Shown here one piece after another: positions 60,383 to 64,000 of a DNA stretch of 64,000 nt. The position numbers and the translations under genes are program-made. Each line of letters opens with the position of its first letter. Position 1 is the stretch's first letter. The stretch is from Vicugna vicugna. Its lineage: Eukaryota. The notes below the pieces were generated by a model, which was not told where the DNA came from, did no database searches, and worked only from the letters and a program-made list of their open reading frames with translations. Location: NCBI GenBank assembly GCA_013265495.1, contig MU058449.1:124001-188000 (forward strand), given 5' to 3'.

Positions 60383-60989
60383 GCTTCCTTTCCTGATTTC
60401 CAGGAAGGGCTTACTTGTCCTCAGAGCCCAAAAACTGAATCTGGAAAAACTTATGAAGAATTTTGAGCATCTGGCCTCTGTCTAATAAAAACATTTATTT
60501 TCATTGCACTGGTGTACTTCAATAATTTCTGTGACTCTCACTTAGATGGGCACATGGGAGGGCGATGCACTTCGGACATGAAGAAACACAGGGCTAGTAG
60601 AGACCTTGGGAAAATACATATGTATCTTGGACTCCATGAAAGGAGTGTAAAAGAAAGGTTGTAAATATCTAGTATCAAGGGGGAAACACACCTTGCTGTT
60701 TATTCTTACTTTCCGTTAGAAAAGGATTCAAGTTGAGGCTTGAATTGGGAGTTAAGATTATTGCTATGTTTTATTGAAATCAATTATTTTATTTAGCCTT
60801 CCTTGTAAATGTCTCTTTAATTGTCTGGAATCTCACAGCCCTAAATCTATTAAGTTCTTCTGCCTAAAGACACCACTGTTCTTCCAAGATTTTTCCTTAT
60901 GTGCTTTACTGTTCCCATTGCTCCACTTCCCCTGACCACTCATTCTAGTTTCCTCTGTCACCTTATAAAGATCTGCATGAAGAACAGAG

Positions 60990-61270
60990 AGCAGAGGGAG
61001 GTAGCTTCGCTACCTTTTCCATTGAACCCTTCCCCGTCTGTACTGGAAGGAGGGGACTACTCATACTGTGAAAAATATAGGACTGAAGAGAATGTAAAAA
61101 GGGGCTTTTGAGGCTGGATACTCACTGCTGTCTTGAAATCCCTTCATGTACCTACACCAGATGGAGTCCCATTCCACTCAGGATGCTTTAGCATCCACAT
61201 CCGGGAAGTGATTGGAGGTCTGTTCTCTTCCTTATCCTGCCTCTGATGGCGTCTCTGCCCTTGTAGTCAT
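60990..61270. promoter_or_regulatory. Region orthologous to the beta-globin 3' enhancer
   Basis: About 0.5-0.8 kb past the polyA signal; blocks TAGGACTGAAGAGAAT, GGGGCTTTT and ATGGAGTCCCATTC..CTCAGGATG resemble the human element as recalled. Confidence 0.5.
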
Positions 61271-61754
61271 TAGCATAGTGTTACCAGCAGCAACACATGC
61301 CAATTTCATTTTCTCATTCAATAGTCACTTACATGGATGCTTGATTCTGGAAATAATAGGCGAACTTCAAGCAGTCCTTGTCCCGTCCTGCATCTCAATT
61401 TTGAATCTAGTTGGGAAGATTCTAAAGGTAATGCATCTAATATGTGACTATAAATGAGTGTACAGGACTACGAGACCAGAGGGTGAAGCCTGTGATACGA
61501 AATGAATGATAAAGTAGATACTTTTTAGACAGAGGAGAAAAAAATAAAAAAGGAAAGGGAGGATAGCATATGCCAAGTCACTGATGAATAATGTGCTTGG
61601 TATTCTGAGAATTTCAAGACAATTAAAGCAAAACTGCCTGGAATGGAATGGAATAGAAAAGAATAGAACAGAACTAAAATATGAATATGAAGTTTGGTGA
61701 ACACTGTGGACAAGAGGATACAATGTAGTCATCATGCATGAGATGCTTGTCCTG

Positions 61755-62035
61755 CTAATAGTTTAGAACATAATTTTGAAATCAGATAGCCTAGATTGCA
61801 CACACCATTACTACTTATTAGCTCTGACCTTGTGAAAGATCAGTTAATTTTACTGAACTTCATTTTTCTTATCTGTAAAATACCTCAAATGATATACATC
61901 ATTCCTATGGTGTGACTGTAAAGATAAAATTAGATAAAGTGTACAAAAAAGTTTATTGCAATACGTGGCACTCCACAATGCCTGACACAAGGCTCAGCAA
62001 ATGTAATCTAAGTAGTATTTTTGTTACCATTATCA
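61755..62035 (+). mobile_element. MIR
   Basis: GAAATCAGATAGCCTAG...CTTATTAGCTCTGACCTTG...CTTATCTGTAAAAT...ACAATGCCTGACACA. Confidence 0.7.
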
Positions 62036-63539
62036 TGAATAGTAAGGGTGTAGATGTAGCATCATTCATATTGATGATGATGCCTGAAAGAATTGCCTCA
62101 TTAAAGAGAAAAACCATAACCAGGAACATTATTTCTTGTCTGATACCATCCATGTTCCCCACACCCCATCCCCAACCTCTTATGTACAGGGATCTGTGTG
62201 ATTTGTTCATTACTGAATAGCACAACTGAATGTATCAGTTGGCATCCAGCTGGGAGACTGAAAGCACATTGTTCATTATAACAGGAGACTGGAGACAAGG
62301 ACTAACCAAGACTGACTAACAAGGAGTAAAGAGGACTCTAAAACTCTAAGAGTAGAAGAGTAGACTTCCTCTGAAGACAGAAGAAGCAGTCACTGTCCCA
62401 AATACAGAGACAGAACACTCAGAGAAGGAACAGTGTGAGAGAGGTCTTTTTCCTGGGACCTCGTGAGAGAGGGCATGTCCAAAGTTCAATGGATGGCTGG
62501 GAAAAAACTGAGGCTGTAAAGGAGATGCATAAGCACTGAGAAGTGCTATGTCTACAGCACTCATTGAAAATCTGCTCCCCAGGGTGACAAGGAGCCACCA
62601 TATGGAGGAACTGCATCTCAGATCTTCCTATGAAACTACCTGGGGGTTAAATAATTTATGAGAAAATTCCAGAGAAGCAACACTTGACGACAGAGTTACC
62701 CAAGGGGGTGCCAGAGGGAGCCATTCACAGGAGGTGTTGCCTTTGCTGTCCTCTGCTGCAAAGCCACATGTGCCATGGGAACCTGGCCCTGGAGAAGCTG
62801 AACACCTTACCATGGCTTGGTGCTATAAAAGCAGAGAGGATGCAAGGTCCTGCCTAGAGAATCACACCAGAACTGGAAGGAGAGTCCCCTTACTCCACAA
62901 GCGCCTGTCCAGAACACTCTACTGACCAAAGTTAACATTGTGCCAACTGGAAAAGGAGAACTTTTATCAGAGTCCACCTCCATTATCACAGGACGGGCAA
63001 TTAAGAGTGAATTTAGATTTGAGACAATATAGCGATCACTGACACACATGGCAGACAGTAGGTACTTGTGTCACTTGAAGAAAGTAGGGCAATATGTAAG
63101 AAAATTCCGATTAGAACCAGCAAATGATTAAGTAGTGTTTAGAGGCTTATGATAAAGTAGGTTTAGAGGCTTCTTCAGTATAAGAATGAGGGCAGACTTT
63201 ATAATTGTTTGGATTAATACTCTCTTCTCTGTATGAGTTTGATATATTTTTCAACTTATTCACACACCGAGCAAACAAAAGGGGTATATTTTTTTATGCT
63301 CCCATATCCAACAGAAAGATTATTTACATTACTTCTACTGTTTTTGTCTCGATGATGAGCATAATGACAATAATGCTGAAATTCAAGCACAGAGTTGGTT
63401 CATGATACTCTTACTTTATAGCAGATTTTCAACACCACTTTATAAAAGGTTTTGTTTTATTTTATTTTTTCCATTTATCCTTCATCCTTATGTTATCACT
63501 TTTAAATTATCTAAAAACTGTTCATGTACTTTTGTAAAA

Positions 63540-64000
63540 TACATAATTTTTTTGCATTTTAATTTACACAAATTGTATTTTCCTATAAAATCTCATTTTA
63601 GCTTGTCTTCCTCATTCAACTTATTACATGAAAATTCAGTTTACTGGTTTTCAGAGCTGCAAAAATAGTATCCATTTGTTGTGCTTCATTTAGCCACTTC
63701 TCTTAGGAGGAAGTATGAGGATGTCCCCTTTTCCACCAACATAAGCATCAATAAAATGAACATCCTTTAATGTATTCTTTTATAGGAAACCAAATAGCCT
63801 GTGTAGTATAACTACGGTGGCACTGCTTCATCATAACATTGATTTATACTTAATTTGTTAATATTGGCAGAGAGCTTTCAAAAACTGTGTATACAGTTTA
63901 TATTCCTATTAACATTACCCACCCAACACTTGATTTGTTCAACTTTCTAATGTTTCCTCCTTAGGAATGCAAAGTGATATCAAACTTTTTTAAAATTAAA
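63540..64000 (-). mobile_element. Old L1M fragment
   Basis: TTGTCTTCCTCATTCAAC...TAGTATCCATT...ATGAACATCCTT...ACCAACACTTGATTT. Confidence 0.5.

Noticed and set aside
62200..62950. Possible old MaLR LTR with a TATAAAA at about 62825
   Set aside because: The family is not recognisable by eye and no gene follows.
690..63668. Remaining short ORFs in the six-frame track
   Set aside because: No recognisable homology, many start at non-ATG codons, and they overlap repeats or the antisense strand of OR/globin exons.

Overview
This is eukaryotic DNA: the beta-globin locus of a South American camelid (Lama/Vicugna). The adult beta chain begins [18 protein letters not shown] with Asn2, and camelid-type tRNA-derived SINEs are present. 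Order on the + strand: two OR51B-family olfactory receptor pseudogenes and a third OR relic; the locus control region (CTCF/HS5, HS4, HS3, HS2, HS1); an intact epsilon gene; a 5'-truncated eta-like pseudogene; a gamma-globin relic (intron 2 + exon 3); an eta gene with an open reading frame; an antisense L1 fragment abutting a BTF3 processed pseudogene; a delta-globin 3' remnant; and the intact adult beta gene. The locus is a well-known system and I see no wholly new one. The unusual points are: the non-canonical epsilon-psi-eta-psi-gamma-eta order; a 392-bp perfect identity between the dead delta remnant and HBB; an L1/BTF3 composite in place of the 5' half of delta; loss of the BPG-binding His2 in both epsilon (Leu) and beta (Asn); a Gly24(B6)->Arg change in eta; and a candidate extra erythroid enhancer upstream of the CTCF site. 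Comparisons with human, goat and camel sequences are from recollection, not from searches, and repeat boundaries are approximate.
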